Notes: generated by a model not told the origin, from the sequence alone. Shown: positions 1 to 9,819, counted from the stretch's first letter. The stretch is 64,000 nt of DNA from an uncultured Bacilli bacterium (GCA_934141535.1 CAKPCH010000004.1:56755-120754), one strand, 5' to 3'. Numbers and translations are program-made.

Positions 1-28
1 ATATATTAAGTTTAAAGTAGGAGAAATT

Positions 29-577
29 ATGGAATTTATTAAAAGAGAATTTAAATTGTTTGTACTTTCTGGGTGCGCTAGAAGTGGTAAAGATACAGTA
101 TCTAAACTTATAGAGGAATATTATAAAGATAAAAAATCTATTAATATTTCTTATGGACATTATATTAAAGATTATGTAAAAAGAATTAGTGGATGGGATG
201 GAAGTGAAGATACTAAACCAAGAGAATTACTACAACAAATTGGTATAGAACTTATAAAAAATAAAGTAGATGATAAATTATTTATAAGAAGAGTAATAGA
301 AGATATAGAAATATTTTCCTATTTCTATGATGTAATAATTGTTGATGATGCAAGACTTGTTGATGAGATAAAAAGTTTAAAGAATAAATATAATTTTTGT
401 ATAAATATTAAAATAAATAGAGACTCTGATAATGGTTTATCAGATAAAGAGAAATCTCATATTACAGAAGTAGATTTAAATAATTATAATAATTATGATT
501 ATGTTATTAATAATACTACATATGATGATTTAAAAAATGAAGTATATAAAATATTAGAAGAGGTAGATTATGAATAA
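29..577 (+). CDS. P-loop NTPase, putative small nucleotide/dNMP kinase-like protein
   Basis: Walker A-like motif VLSGCARSGKDT near the N-terminus; size 182 aa; good RBS (aggag N6 ATG); stop overlaps the cmk start (translational coupling). Confidence 0.4.
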   Translation: MEFIKREFKLFVLSGCARSGKDTVSKLIEEYYKDKKSINISYGHYIKDYVKRISGWDGSEDTKPRELLQQIGIELIKNKVDDKLFIRRVIEDIEIFSYFYDVIIVDDARLVDEIKSLKNKYNFCINIKINRDSDNGLSDKEKSHITEVDLNNYNNYDYVINNTTYDDLKNEVYKILEEVDYE

Positions 578-1217
578 AATAGTAGCAATTGATGGACCTG
601 CTGGTAGTGGTAAAGGTACAGTAGCAAAAATATTAGCAAACAAACTTAATTTAACATATATAGATACAGGTGCTATGTATAGAGCTATAGCATACCTTAC
701 TCTTAAAAATAATGTAGATATAAAAGATGAAGATAAAATAATAGAACTTGCTAAAAATTCTAAAATAGAGTTTTTAAATGATAAAGTATATGTAAATGGT
801 GAAGATGTAAGTAGTAAAATAAGGACTATGGAAGTAACTCGTATAGTATCTCCAATATCAAGTATTGTTAAGTTAAGAGAAATATTAGTAGATTTACAAC
901 GTAATATGGCTAATGGGCTTGATGTAATAATGGAAGGAAGAGATATAACAACTGTAGTTTTTCCAAATGCTACATATAAGTTTTATTTAGATGCTTCAAT
1001 AGAAGAAAGAGCTCACCGTAGATTTAAAGAGAATTCTTTAAAGGGCATGCAAGTAACTTATGAAGAAATACTTGAAAATATTAAAAAAAGAGACTATAAT
1101 GATATGCATAAAGAAGTTGGAGCTTTAATAAAAAGTGATGATGCTATATATATAGATTCAACTAATTTAACAATAGATGAAGTAGTAGAAAAAATTAAGC
1201 AGATAATAGAGGTGTAA
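570..1217 (+). CDS. cmk: Cytidylate kinase
   Basis: N-terminal VAIDGPAGSGKGT P-loop followed by TGAMYRA, the hallmark Cmk signature; about 215 aa. Confidence 0.9.
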   Translation: MNKIVAIDGPAGSGKGTVAKILANKLNLTYIDTGAMYRAIAYLTLKNNVDIKDEDKIIELAKNSKIEFLNDKVYVNGEDVSSKIRTMEVTRIVSPISSIVKLREILVDLQRNMANGLDVIMEGRDITTVVFPNATYKFYLDASIEERAHRRFKENSLKGMQVTYEEILENIKKRDYNDMHKEVGALIKSDDAIYIDSTNLTIDEVVEKIKQIIEV

Positions 1218-1218
1218 C

Positions 1219-2967
1219 ATGAATTTAAAAGATTTATATATTAATTTTTTTGTTAGTAAAGGACATAAACAAATACCAAGTGCTCCAGTAGTACCAGAAA
1301 ATGATCCAAGTGTACTTTTTAATACAGCAGGTATGCAACCATTAATACCATATTTAATGGGTAAAAGTCATCCTTATGGAACTAGACTTTGTGATTATCA
1401 AAAGTGTATTAGAACAAATGACTTAGACAATATTGGTGATACTTATCATCATACTTTCTTTGAAATGTTAGGTAATTGGTCACTTGGAGATTATTTTAAA
1501 AAAGAAGCAATTACTTGGAGTTTTGAGTTTTTAACAACAGTATTAAATATACCAAAAGAACGTCTTGCTGTAACTGTATTTGCTGGAAATGATATAGTTC
1601 CTAAGGATATGGAAGCAATTAATATTTGGAAGAGTCTTGGTATAAGTGAAGATAGAATTTGTCCAACAAAAGATGATAATTTTTGGATAGCAGGAGAAAC
1701 TGGACCATGTGGACCTGATACTGAAATGTTTTATTTTAGAAGTAATGATGAAATACCAGAAAAATTTGATCCAGAAGATGAACGTTGGGTTGAAATTTGG
1801 AATGATGTATTTATGCAATACTATAAACATGAAGATGGTAGTGTAACTGAACTTCCAAAAAAGAATGTAGATACAGGTATGGGGCTTGAAAGAGTTGTAG
1901 CTGTTCTTGAAGGTGTTAATGATAATTATGCTTCAAGTGTATGGAAAGATATAATTAAAGTAATAGAAGATATATCTAATAAACCATATAGCGGTAATGA
2001 AAAAAGCATGAGAATAATTGCAGATCATATTAGAACTGCAGTATTTATAAGTGCTGATAGAGCAGGTATAAAACCATCTAATACAGATCAAGGGTATATA
2101 TTAAGAAGATTAATTAGAAGAGCTATTAGATATGCTAAAAAATTAAATATAGATATTAATAGTAATTGGGAAGAGAGAATTGCACTTGCTATTATGGATA
2201 AATATAAAAAATATTATAGTGAAATTAGTGATAATAAAGATGTTGTGTTAGAAGTCTTAAAACAAGAAAAAATTAAATTTAATAGAACGCTTGAAAAAGG
2301 TATAAAAGAATTTGAAAAGATGACATCTAATTTAGATGGTGATACGTTAAATAAAGATTTAGCATTCAAATTATATGATACTTATGGTTTTCCAATAGAA
2401 TTAACTGAAGAACTTGCAAAAGAAAAAAATATTAAAGTTGATACTGAAGGGTTTAAAGAAAAATTTAGAGCACATCAAGAATTATCTAGAGCAGGATCTA
2501 CTCAAAAATTTAAAGGTGGTCTTGCTGGAGATAGTCAAATAGAAACAAGATATCATACAGCAACCCATTTACTTAATGCAGCACTTAAACAAGTAATTGG
2601 TCCTGATGTACATCAAAAAGGATCTAATATAACAGTAGATAGAATGCGTTTTGATTTCTCTTGTGATCACAAATTAACAGATGAAGAAAAGCAAAAAGCA
2701 GAAAACTTAGTAAATCAATGGATAAGTGAAGATATTCCTGTTACTTGTGAAGAAATGAGTAAAGAAGATGCTATTAAAAGTGGTGCTGAATGTATGTTTA
2801 TAGAAAAATATCCAGATATTGTTACAGTTTATTCAATAGGTGATGTTTCAAAAGAATTATGTGGAGGACCACATGTTAAAAGTACAAAAGAAATAGGCGA
2901 ATTTAAAATAACAAAAGAAGAAGCATCAAGTGCTGGTGTTAGAAGAATTAAAGCTATAATAAAATAA
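1219..2967 (+). CDS. Alanyl-tRNA synthetase family protein with class II catalytic core and editing domain, lacking the C-Ala domain (582 aa)
   Basis: AlaRS motifs NDPSVLFNTAGMQ, FFEMLGNWSLGDYFK, GPCGPDTEMFY and DTGMGLERV, then the editing-domain zinc motifs HTATH ... CGGPHV. It ends about 25 aa after CGGPH, so the linker and C-Ala regions of canonical ~870-aa AlaRS are missing. Confidence 0.75.
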   Translation: MNLKDLYINFFVSKGHKQIPSAPVVPENDPSVLFNTAGMQPLIPYLMGKSHPYGTRLCDYQKCIRTNDLDNIGDTYHHTFFEMLGNWSLGDYFKKEAITWSFEFLTTVLNIPKERLAVTVFAGNDIVPKDMEAINIWKSLGISEDRICPTKDDNFWIAGETGPCGPDTEMFYFRSNDEIPEKFDPEDERWVEIWNDVFMQYYKHEDGSVTELPKKNVDTGMGLERVVAVLEGVNDNYASSVWKDIIKVIEDISNKPYSGNEKSMRIIADHIRTAVFISADRAGIKPSNTDQGYILRRLIRRAIRYAKKLNIDINSNWEERIALAIMDKYKKYYSEISDNKDVVLEVLKQEKIKFNRTLEKGIKEFEKMTSNLDGDTLNKDLAFKLYDTYGFPIELTEELAKEKNIKVDTEGFKEKFRAHQELSRAGSTQKFKGGLAGDSQIETRYHTATHLLNAALKQVIGPDVHQKGSNITVDRMRFDFSCDHKLTDEEKQKAENLVNQWISEDIPVTCEEMSKEDAIKSGAECMFIEKYPDIVTVYSIGDVSKELCGGPHVKSTKEIGEFKITKEEASSAGVRRIKAIIK

Positions 2968-2974
2968 AAAAATA

Positions 2975-3008
2975 AAAACAAAGTTTGTATTGCTTTGTTT
3001 TTATTTTA
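2975..3008. terminator. Bidirectional rho-independent terminator between the AlaRS-like gene and the convergent small ORF
   Basis: Hairpin aacaaag-N9-ctttgtt followed by a T-run on plus and an A-run upstream (T-run for the minus strand). Confidence 0.5.
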
Positions 3009-3222
3009 ATCTATTTTTATTAATATATTCTTTAACACTTTCTACATCTTTATAACCTTCTGAAGTAATATCATTAGCATGTCTATATAGATTTTCTAAT
3101 TTTAATAAATTAGCTTTTAAAGCACTTAGTTCATCTTTAGACATAGATTTCTTTGATAATAATATTCTTAATAAATCAAATTTACAAGATGCTAATTCTT
3201 CAATAATAGTAAAATTCATCAT
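3001..3222 (-). CDS. Small helical protein, possibly a Spo0E-like sporulation regulatory phosphatase family member
   Basis: 73 aa; the central ELSALKANLLKLENLY segment resembles the Spo0E-like signature (ELS..LD.LIN.Y). The resemblance is weak and short. Confidence 0.3.
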   Translation of the reverse strand: MMNFTIIEELASCKFDLLRILLSKKSMSKDELSALKANLLKLENLYRHANDITSEGYKDVESVKEYINKNRLK

Positions 3223-3395
3223 TATCCTCCTTTATATATTTATTTACAACATAAAACTTAATACTAGAGTGTTTAGACTAAGTCAAAAACACGCACAAAT
3301 AAACATTTTACTCTTTTTATTTATAAAAGTCAATACCTAAAAATAATTGTAAAGATTGCATTCATATGATATAATTAAATAGGAAGTGATTAAAT

Positions 3396-4112
3396 ATGAA
3401 TAAAAAATTATTAACAATAATATTAATGGTATTGTGTGCTACAAGTGTTATAGTAGCTATTTTTACAAAAGGTGATGAATTAGATTCAATTAAATTTAAA
3501 AAAGAATATGAATCTTTAAATGGCACTAGTGCATCTAAAACATTAAAATATAGTAAAATGAATATAGATACATCAAATCCTATTAAATATTCTAATTATG
3601 ATGAAATATTAGATGTTATAAATAATAAAACTGGTATAATATATCTTGGTTTTCCAGAATGTCCATGGTGTAGAACAGCTATACCTGTATTATTAGAGGT
3701 TGCTAAAGATAATAAAATTGATACTATTTATTATTTAAATATTCTTAATGAAAGAGATTCTTACACTGTAGAAGATGGTGAGTTAGTATATAGTAAAGAT
3801 GATTCTGGTAAAGAGAAAAAGGGAAGTAAAGGTTATTTTAAATTGTTAGAAGCACTTGAAGAGTATCTAACTGATTATACAATTGAGTTAGGCGATGAAG
3901 TATATGAGGTAGGAGAAAAAAGAATATTCGCACCTACAGTTATATTTGTAAAAGAAGGTAAAGTTTTAGGGATTCATGTTTCAACAGTAGCAGGTCAAGT
4001 TAGTGGATTTGATAAGTTAACAGATGAACAACATGAAGAACTATATTCAATATATGAAGATTATATAATAGATATGACAAGTAGTACTTGTGATATTGAT
4101 TCTTCTTGCTAA
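3396..4112 (+). CDS. Membrane-anchored thioredoxin-fold protein (CxxC thiol-disulfide oxidoreductase-like)
   Basis: N-terminal hydrophobic anchor and the FPECPWCR CxxC motif in a thioredoxin-like context; RBS aggaagtga. Confidence 0.5.
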   Translation: MNKKLLTIILMVLCATSVIVAIFTKGDELDSIKFKKEYESLNGTSASKTLKYSKMNIDTSNPIKYSNYDEILDVINNKTGIIYLGFPECPWCRTAIPVLLEVAKDNKIDTIYYLNILNERDSYTVEDGELVYSKDDSGKEKKGSKGYFKLLEALEEYLTDYTIELGDEVYEVGEKRIFAPTVIFVKEGKVLGIHVSTVAGQVSGFDKLTDEQHEELYSIYEDYIIDMTSSTCDIDSSC

Positions 4113-4142
4113 GCACATTCTTTGTGCTTTTTTGGAGGTAAT

Positions 4143-4964
4143 ATGGAATTAAAAGAAATAGAAAAAAGCATAATTAAAAGATATAGAAAAGATATTTGGG
4201 CACCATTTATTAAAGGCATTAAAGAATATGAATTAATAAAAGATAATGATGTTATAGCAGTTTGTATAAGTGGAGGTAAAGATTCGTTTTTACTTGCTAA
4301 ATGTATGCAAGAAATAAAACGTCATGGTAAAATAAATTTTGATTTGAAATTTATAGTTATGAATCCAGGTTATACAGATAAAAACTTAGATTTAATAAAA
4401 AGTAATGCAGAAAAACTAAATATACCAATACATATATTTAATAGTGATATATTTGCTACAGTAGATGAAATAAGTAGTGAATCGCCATGTTATTTATGTG
4501 CTAGAATGAGAAGAGGTTGTCTATATAAAGAATCACAAAGACTTGGATGTAATAAAATAGCTTTAGGACATCATTTTGATGATGTAATAGAAACTATATT
4601 ATTAAGTATTATATATGGTGGAGAAATGAAGACAATGATGCCAAAACTTCACAGCACCAATTTCCCTGGTATGGAATTAATTAGACCTATGTGTTATATA
4701 AAAGAACAAGATATAATAAACTGGGCTAAATATTGTGAATTAACATTTTTAAATTGTGCTTGTAAATTTACAGAAAGAAATGCAAATGAAAAATTAGAAA
4801 ATACATCAAAAAGAAAAGAAATAAAAGAATTAATAAAAACTTTTAGAAGTATTAATCCATATATAGAAACTAATATATATAAAAGTAGTAAAAACGTAAA
4901 TATAGATGCACTAATAGAATATAAGAAAGATGGAAAAAGATATAATTTTCTAGATAGGTATTAA
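4143..4964 (+). CDS. PP-loop ATP pyrophosphatase, TtcA-like tRNA thiolation enzyme
   Basis: SGGKDS PP-loop motif and conserved Cys pairs (CYLCARMRRGC, CACKF). Start moved to the MELKEIEK ATG, which has a ggaggtaat RBS; the ORF track starts 21 nt upstream. Confidence 0.7.
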   Translation: MELKEIEKSIIKRYRKDIWAPFIKGIKEYELIKDNDVIAVCISGGKDSFLLAKCMQEIKRHGKINFDLKFIVMNPGYTDKNLDLIKSNAEKLNIPIHIFNSDIFATVDEISSESPCYLCARMRRGCLYKESQRLGCNKIALGHHFDDVIETILLSIIYGGEMKTMMPKLHSTNFPGMELIRPMCYIKEQDIINWAKYCELTFLNCACKFTERNANEKLENTSKRKEIKELIKTFRSINPYIETNIYKSSKNVNIDALIEYKKDGKRYNFLDRY

Positions 4965-4965
4965 T

Positions 4966-5580
4966 ATGAATTATCAAATAGTATTAGATAAAATGTTAGA
5001 AGAGTTAAAAAAAGATAAAACATACAAGTTATTATTACATGCTTGTTGTGCTCCATGTAGTTCTTATGTTATAGAATATTTAAGTAAATACTTTGAAATA
5101 ACTATATATTATTATAATCCTAATATATATCCAGAAACTGAATATATGAGAAGAATGAATGAATTAAAACATTTTATAAAACTGTATCCTACTAAAAACA
5201 AAGTTAGTTTTATAGAAGAAAAGTATGATCCAAAAGAATATTATAATTCAGTTAAAGGATTAGAAAATTTAGGCGAGAAAAGTAAACGTTGTTATAACTG
5301 TTATAAATTTAGGATGGAAAAGGCAGCTATATTTGCTAGTTCAAATAATTTTGATTATTTTACTACTACTTTATCAATAAGCCCTTATAAAATATCTTCT
5401 TGGATAAATGAAATAGGGGAGTCATTAGAAAAAGAGTATAATATTAAATATTTATATGCAGATTTTAAAAAAAGAAATGGTTATAAAAGAAGTCTTGAAT
5501 TATCTAAAGAATATAATTTATATAGACAAGATTATTGTGGATGTGTTTATTCATTTAAAGAAAGCAATAAAATTCAATAA
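4966..5580 (+). CDS. queH: Epoxyqueuosine reductase QueH (DUF208)
   Basis: LLLHACCAPCSSY motif characteristic of QueH; about 200 aa. Confidence 0.8.
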   Translation: MNYQIVLDKMLEELKKDKTYKLLLHACCAPCSSYVIEYLSKYFEITIYYYNPNIYPETEYMRRMNELKHFIKLYPTKNKVSFIEEKYDPKEYYNSVKGLENLGEKSKRCYNCYKFRMEKAAIFASSNNFDYFTTTLSISPYKISSWINEIGESLEKEYNIKYLYADFKKRNGYKRSLELSKEYNLYRQDYCGCVYSFKESNKIQ

Positions 5581-5643
5581 AAGAATATTGCTTTCTTTAT
5601 TTTAATAAAAAATTATAGTATAATAAAATAGTAGGTGAAAAGT

Positions 5644-6333
5644 ATGAATCAATTTGAAAGATTAGAGTTATTAATAGGAGATAAAATCAATTTAATCCAT
5701 AAGTGTCATGTACTTGTTATAGGACTTGGTGGAGTTGGAAGTTATGCTGTTGAAGCTTTGGTAAGAAGTGGTATAGAAAATCTAACAATAGTAGATAATG
5801 ATACTATCGCACTTTCAAATCTTAATAGGCAATTAATGACTAATCATTTAAATATAGATAACTATAAAACAGATGAAATAGAAAAAAGAATATTATCAAT
5901 AAATCCTAATTGTAAAATTAGAAAAGTTACTAAATTTATAGATTCGAATAATATAAATGAATTATTTATAAATGAACTTGATTATGTAATTGATGCATGC
6001 GATACACTAAGTGTTAAAATGGATTTAATAAGAATTTGTAAACAAAAAAATATTAAATTAATATCTAGTATGGGTACAGGTAATAAAATGGATCCTAGTA
6101 GGTTAAAAATATTAGATATTAGAAAAACTAATTATGATCCACTTGCTAAAAAAATAAGAAAAATGGTTAAAGATGAAAAAATAAAAGGTAAAGTACTAGT
6201 AGTATGTAGTGATGAAGAAAAAAGAGTTAATATAACTAAAACAATTCCTTCTAATGCTTTTGTACCAGCAACTTCAGGACTATTATGTGCTAGCTACGTT
6301 ATAAGAGATATAGTAGGTGATTTTAATGTTTAA
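5644..6333 (+). CDS. tcdA: tRNA threonylcarbamoyladenosine dehydratase (ThiF/MoeB-fold E1-like)
   Basis: VLVIGLGGVGSYAVEALVRSGI Rossmann motif followed by TIVDNDTIALSNLNRQ; start placed after the aggtga RBS. Confidence 0.75.
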   Translation: MNQFERLELLIGDKINLIHKCHVLVIGLGGVGSYAVEALVRSGIENLTIVDNDTIALSNLNRQLMTNHLNIDNYKTDEIEKRILSINPNCKIRKVTKFIDSNNINELFINELDYVIDACDTLSVKMDLIRICKQKNIKLISSMGTGNKMDPSRLKILDIRKTNYDPLAKKIRKMVKDEKIKGKVLVVCSDEEKRVNITKTIPSNAFVPATSGLLCASYVIRDIVGDFNV

Positions 6334-6871
6334 AAGTTTAGAAGCAATATTTAAAAATTTAGAAGGAAATGTTTTAACAGTTTGTATAGATCAAGAATTA
6401 AATAATGAATTAGAAAAAAATAATAAAATTAATTTATATGCTATAAACTCTAATCAAAGTAATAAGGGTTTAAAAAGTAGTCATAATAGAAGTAGTAAAA
6501 AAATTAATAATAAAGGTAAAAAGATAAATATTAAAAAATTAAGAAAATATATTAATAAAAAATCAGTTGATTATATGTTTTGTAATATGAATGAAATGAT
6601 TACATATTATAAATATTTTATTAGAGATAGCATATATTTAAATAATAATAAATTATATATATATTCTGACTTTAGTATAGATCCATCTTTTATAATAAAA
6701 AAGTATAAAAGATATAATTGTGAAGTAGAAAAAAGAGAATATAAAAATGGTTATTTATTAATAATAGATAATACTAAAAGTAAAAATAATTATATGAAAG
6801 ATAAATTATATTTTTTAAGAGATACTCTTTATAATATAGCAGAATTAATAGGAAATATAATGGTTAGTTAG
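6317..6871 (+). CDS. Hypothetical Lys/Asn-rich protein
   Basis: ORF only. No recognisable motif. Overlaps the tcdA stop and is same-strand in a tight operon. Confidence 0.35.
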   Translation: MILMFKSLEAIFKNLEGNVLTVCIDQELNNELEKNNKINLYAINSNQSNKGLKSSHNRSSKKINNKGKKINIKKLRKYINKKSVDYMFCNMNEMITYYKYFIRDSIYLNNNKLYIYSDFSIDPSFIIKKYKRYNCEVEKREYKNGYLLIIDNTKSKNNYMKDKLYFLRDTLYNIAELIGNIMVS

Positions 6872-7525
6872 GTGAAAATGAAAGCAATATTTAGTGATTT
6901 TGATGGTACTTTTTATGATAAAGATTATGATAAAAATATAGAGTTAATAAACAGTTTAGATGTTGATTTTATAGTTGCTACAGGACGTCATATAAATTCT
7001 TTAAGTAAAGATTTAAAAGCAAAATGTAGGTATTATATATGTAATGATGGTGCTTATGTTTTGGATGAAAATAAAAATTTTATATATAAGAATTCAATGA
7101 ATAATAATAGTGTATTAAGCATATTAGAAAAAATTAAAGAGTTAAAAATAGATGATTATTTCTTTGATTCATATACTAAACAATCAAAAGAGTTAACATT
7201 TCCTATAAATAAAATTTCAGTTAAAATTAAAGATAGAAAAAATATAAATTATATTTTAAATTATCTACTTGATGGAATAGATGATTGTTATGGATATTTA
7301 AGTCAAAACTATATAAATATATTAGATAATAATTCTACAAAGACTAAAGGAATAGATTTTGTTACATCTTTAAATAAGTATGATGAAGTTTATGTTATTG
7401 GTAATGATATAAATGATTATGATATGATTAATAAATATAATGGATATTTAGTATCAGATAAACAAGTTAAGAACTTTAATTGTATAAAATCTTTTAGTTC
7501 TATAAAAGATATAATAAAAAAATAG
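6872..7525 (+). CDS. HAD-superfamily hydrolase, Cof-type (IIB)
   Basis: N-terminal IFSDFDGTF (DxDGT), internal ATGR, C-terminal GNDINDYDM: the HAD motifs I-IV. Confidence 0.65.
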   Translation: MKMKAIFSDFDGTFYDKDYDKNIELINSLDVDFIVATGRHINSLSKDLKAKCRYYICNDGAYVLDENKNFIYKNSMNNNSVLSILEKIKELKIDDYFFDSYTKQSKELTFPINKISVKIKDRKNINYILNYLLDGIDDCYGYLSQNYINILDNNSTKTKGIDFVTSLNKYDEVYVIGNDINDYDMINKYNGYLVSDKQVKNFNCIKSFSSIKDIIKK

Positions 7526-7538
7526 TTTGTTTGTTAAA

Positions 7539-8390
7539 CTATTTTTTTATTTTTTGAAAACTATTATCTATTTTATCTTCTTTTGTTTCTTCTTCTGTTA
7601 TTTCATTTAAAACACTTTTTAAATCTTTTAATTGTTCTAATTTACTTTTTTTAGGTGATTCTAACATTTTTTCTTTTTCGTTTTCTTTATCTTCTTCATT
7701 ATTATCTTGAACATGAGTATTGTTATCATTATTAGTTATATTTTCATTTTCTTTTCTTGCTTGATCTATGTATGACTCTATAGTAAGTACTTGAAGTGTA
7801 ATAGTTGCAAGCACACCACTTAAAGTAAAGTTTATAAGAGCTGGATTAATACCAGAAATAAATGTAAGAATAAGTGTAATAAATAAAGGCCATTGTTTTA
7901 TTCTACCAATTAAAGTACTTTTTTGATCTAGATTAGGATATTTAATTTTATTATAAAAGTTAACTGTACCAATACAAAGTTCACCAAGTATAGGAAGTAT
8001 TATAATAGGATTTACGATAGTTAATCCAAGTCCTATTAATATTGAAAAAAACTTATCTGTAAATTGATCTAAAATTTTTCCATATTCACTAGTACAATTA
8101 AACTTGCGTGCTACAAACCCGTCTAATGCATCACTAGAGGCTCCGATTAATGTTAAGCCACATGCAACACCTAACAAGGCACTAATACTAGTAATGGTTG
8201 CTATAATGGATAATATTACTACTATAATAGGAATTATTACTCTTGAAAAAGTTAATAAATTAGGTATTTGTTTTTTTCTTTTATCTTTATCTTTTAGGTC
8301 TTTAAACATTTCTTTAGTACCAGTTTTAAGTTTAGTAAAAAATTCTTTGTTCTTTTTTAAATCAACATTCTTCATAAATTGTTTTACCAT
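7539..8390 (-). CDS. CDP-alcohol phosphatidyltransferase family protein (PgsA/PssA-like) with long charged terminal extensions
   Basis: DALDGFVARKFNCTSEYGKILDQFTDK matches D-G-x2-A-R-x8-G-x3-D-x3-D. Multiple TM segments. Lys/Glu-rich N- and C-terminal tails. RBS gaggtga. Confidence 0.7.
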   Translation of the reverse strand: MVKQFMKNVDLKKNKEFFTKLKTGTKEMFKDLKDKDKRKKQIPNLLTFSRVIIPIIVVILSIIATITSISALLGVACGLTLIGASSDALDGFVARKFNCTSEYGKILDQFTDKFFSILIGLGLTIVNPIIILPILGELCIGTVNFYNKIKYPNLDQKSTLIGRIKQWPLFITLILTFISGINPALINFTLSGVLATITLQVLTIESYIDQARKENENITNNDNNTHVQDNNEEDKENEKEKMLESPKKSKLEQLKDLKSVLNEITEEETKEDKIDNSFQKIKK

Positions 8391-8561
8391 AATTCACCTC
8401 GCTAAATATTTTATCATTTTTTTTACTTTTGTCAACATTTCTTTTAAATATCATATATTATAGCAAAAGAATGATAGTGTATGTGAAATTTTATTTTGCT
8501 TATCATTCTTTTTTCGACATATATTCTTTACAATCTATTATATATTATAATTGGTGATAAT

Positions 8562-9500
8562 ATGAGAAAAAGATTTAAAACAAAGAAAAAAATAAAGATT
8601 AAAAAATATATTATATTAATATTTATAATAATACTTTTGTTTTTATTTATTAAAATAGGTGACTTTCATATACTCACCATTAAAGATAATAAGTTCTTAG
8701 ATATTATATTAAAAAGTTCAAATAAAAATGACGAATTAGATATATTTAATACTATAACAAAGTATATACAAAAAAATCTTTTTAATTCACCAACAAGTTT
8801 ATTAAAAAGAGAATTAAAATTTACAAATAATAATGTTACTAATACTAAATCTTCTACATTTTTATATGGTAGTAATGATAATATACCAGATATTTATATA
8901 TATAATTCACATCAAAAAGAAAGCTATTCATATAAATACTTAGAAGACTATAATATAGTTCCAGATGTATTAATGGCATCAAGTATGTTAAAAGATAAAT
9001 TATTAAAGTATAATATTAATGCTTTAGTAGAAGAAAATGATATTAGTAAGTATATGAGTGATAATAACCTAAATCATGCTGGAAGTTATATAGCAAGCCG
9101 TACTTTTTTAATTAATACATTAACTACTTATCCTAACTTAAAATTAATTATAGATTTACATAGAGATGCAGCTATTAAAAGTATTACAACAGTTGATATA
9201 GATGGTAAGAAATGCGCTAAAGTATTATTTGTAGTAGGACTAGAATATGGCACTTATGAGTCAAATTTAAAGACTGCTAATGATATAAATAACTTAATTT
9301 TAAATAAATATCCAACTCTTACAAGAGGTATTATGAAAAAAGAGGGTATTGGAGTTAATGGAGTTTATAATCAAGATTTGGGTCCAAATATAATATTATT
9401 AGAACTTGGTGGTAATGAAAATAATATAGAAGAAGTTAATAATACATTAGATTTAATAGCAAATATTTTAGGAGAATATATAAATGAAAAAAAAGAATAA
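8562..9500 (+). CDS. spoIIP: Stage II sporulation protein P (SpoIIP)-like
   Basis: N-terminal basic region plus TM, and the IYIYNSHQKESYSY segment matching the SpoIIP IYHTHxxESF motif. Start moved to MRKRF after the ggtgataat RBS. Confidence 0.6.
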   Translation: MRKRFKTKKKIKIKKYIILIFIIILLFLFIKIGDFHILTIKDNKFLDIILKSSNKNDELDIFNTITKYIQKNLFNSPTSLLKRELKFTNNNVTNTKSSTFLYGSNDNIPDIYIYNSHQKESYSYKYLEDYNIVPDVLMASSMLKDKLLKYNINALVEENDISKYMSDNNLNHAGSYIASRTFLINTLTTYPNLKLIIDLHRDAAIKSITTVDIDGKKCAKVLFVVGLEYGTYESNLKTANDINNLILNKYPTLTRGIMKKEGIGVNGVYNQDLGPNIILLELGGNENNIEEVNNTLDLIANILGEYINEKKE

Positions 9501-9819
9501 TAAAAATAAACTTTTAAAACTTATATTTTTTGTATTACTATTTAGTTTTGTTACAATATACTTTTCTGAGTTAACAGGGTATTATGAATATAAAAACTAT
9601 AAAAATACATCTTTAACTCATGAACAAATACAAAAATTTGAAAATGATGTAAAAAACGGTAAAGAAGTAGATATAAAACAATATATAACAAAAGATGAAA
9701 CAAAATATGATAGCAAATTATCGCGTGCTACTGCATACGTATCAGAAACAATAAGTAATACAGTTAAAAATGGAATAGAAAAAACATTTAAATATTTATC
9801 AAAAATGATTGATGAATAA
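9484..9819 (+). CDS. Small membrane-anchored hypothetical protein
   Basis: 111 aa with a single N-terminal TM; start overlaps the spoIIP stop. Confidence 0.4.
   Translation: MKKKNNKNKLLKLIFFVLLFSFVTIYFSELTGYYEYKNYKNTSLTHEQIQKFENDVKNGKEVDIKQYITKDETKYDSKLSRATAYVSETISNTVKNGIEKTFKYLSKMIDE

Noticed and set aside
1543-1830. Antisense ORFs from the ORF track that overlap well-supported genes: 1543-1830(-), 8104-8463(+), 11342-11608(-), 20801-21061(+), 25345-25662(+), 26105-26287(+), 34193-34570(+), 38497-38679(+), 40950-41444(+), 43229-43528(+), 44314-44676(+), 44414-44605(+), 45955-46179(+), 48046-48297(+), 59835-60059(+), 60303-60623(+), 62142-62354(+)
   Set aside because: Each lies wholly inside a longer opposite-strand gene with clear family motifs. 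Their translations are low-complexity (Phe/Ile/Leu/Asn-rich), as expected from antisense reading of AT-rich coding DNA. None has a convincing RBS.
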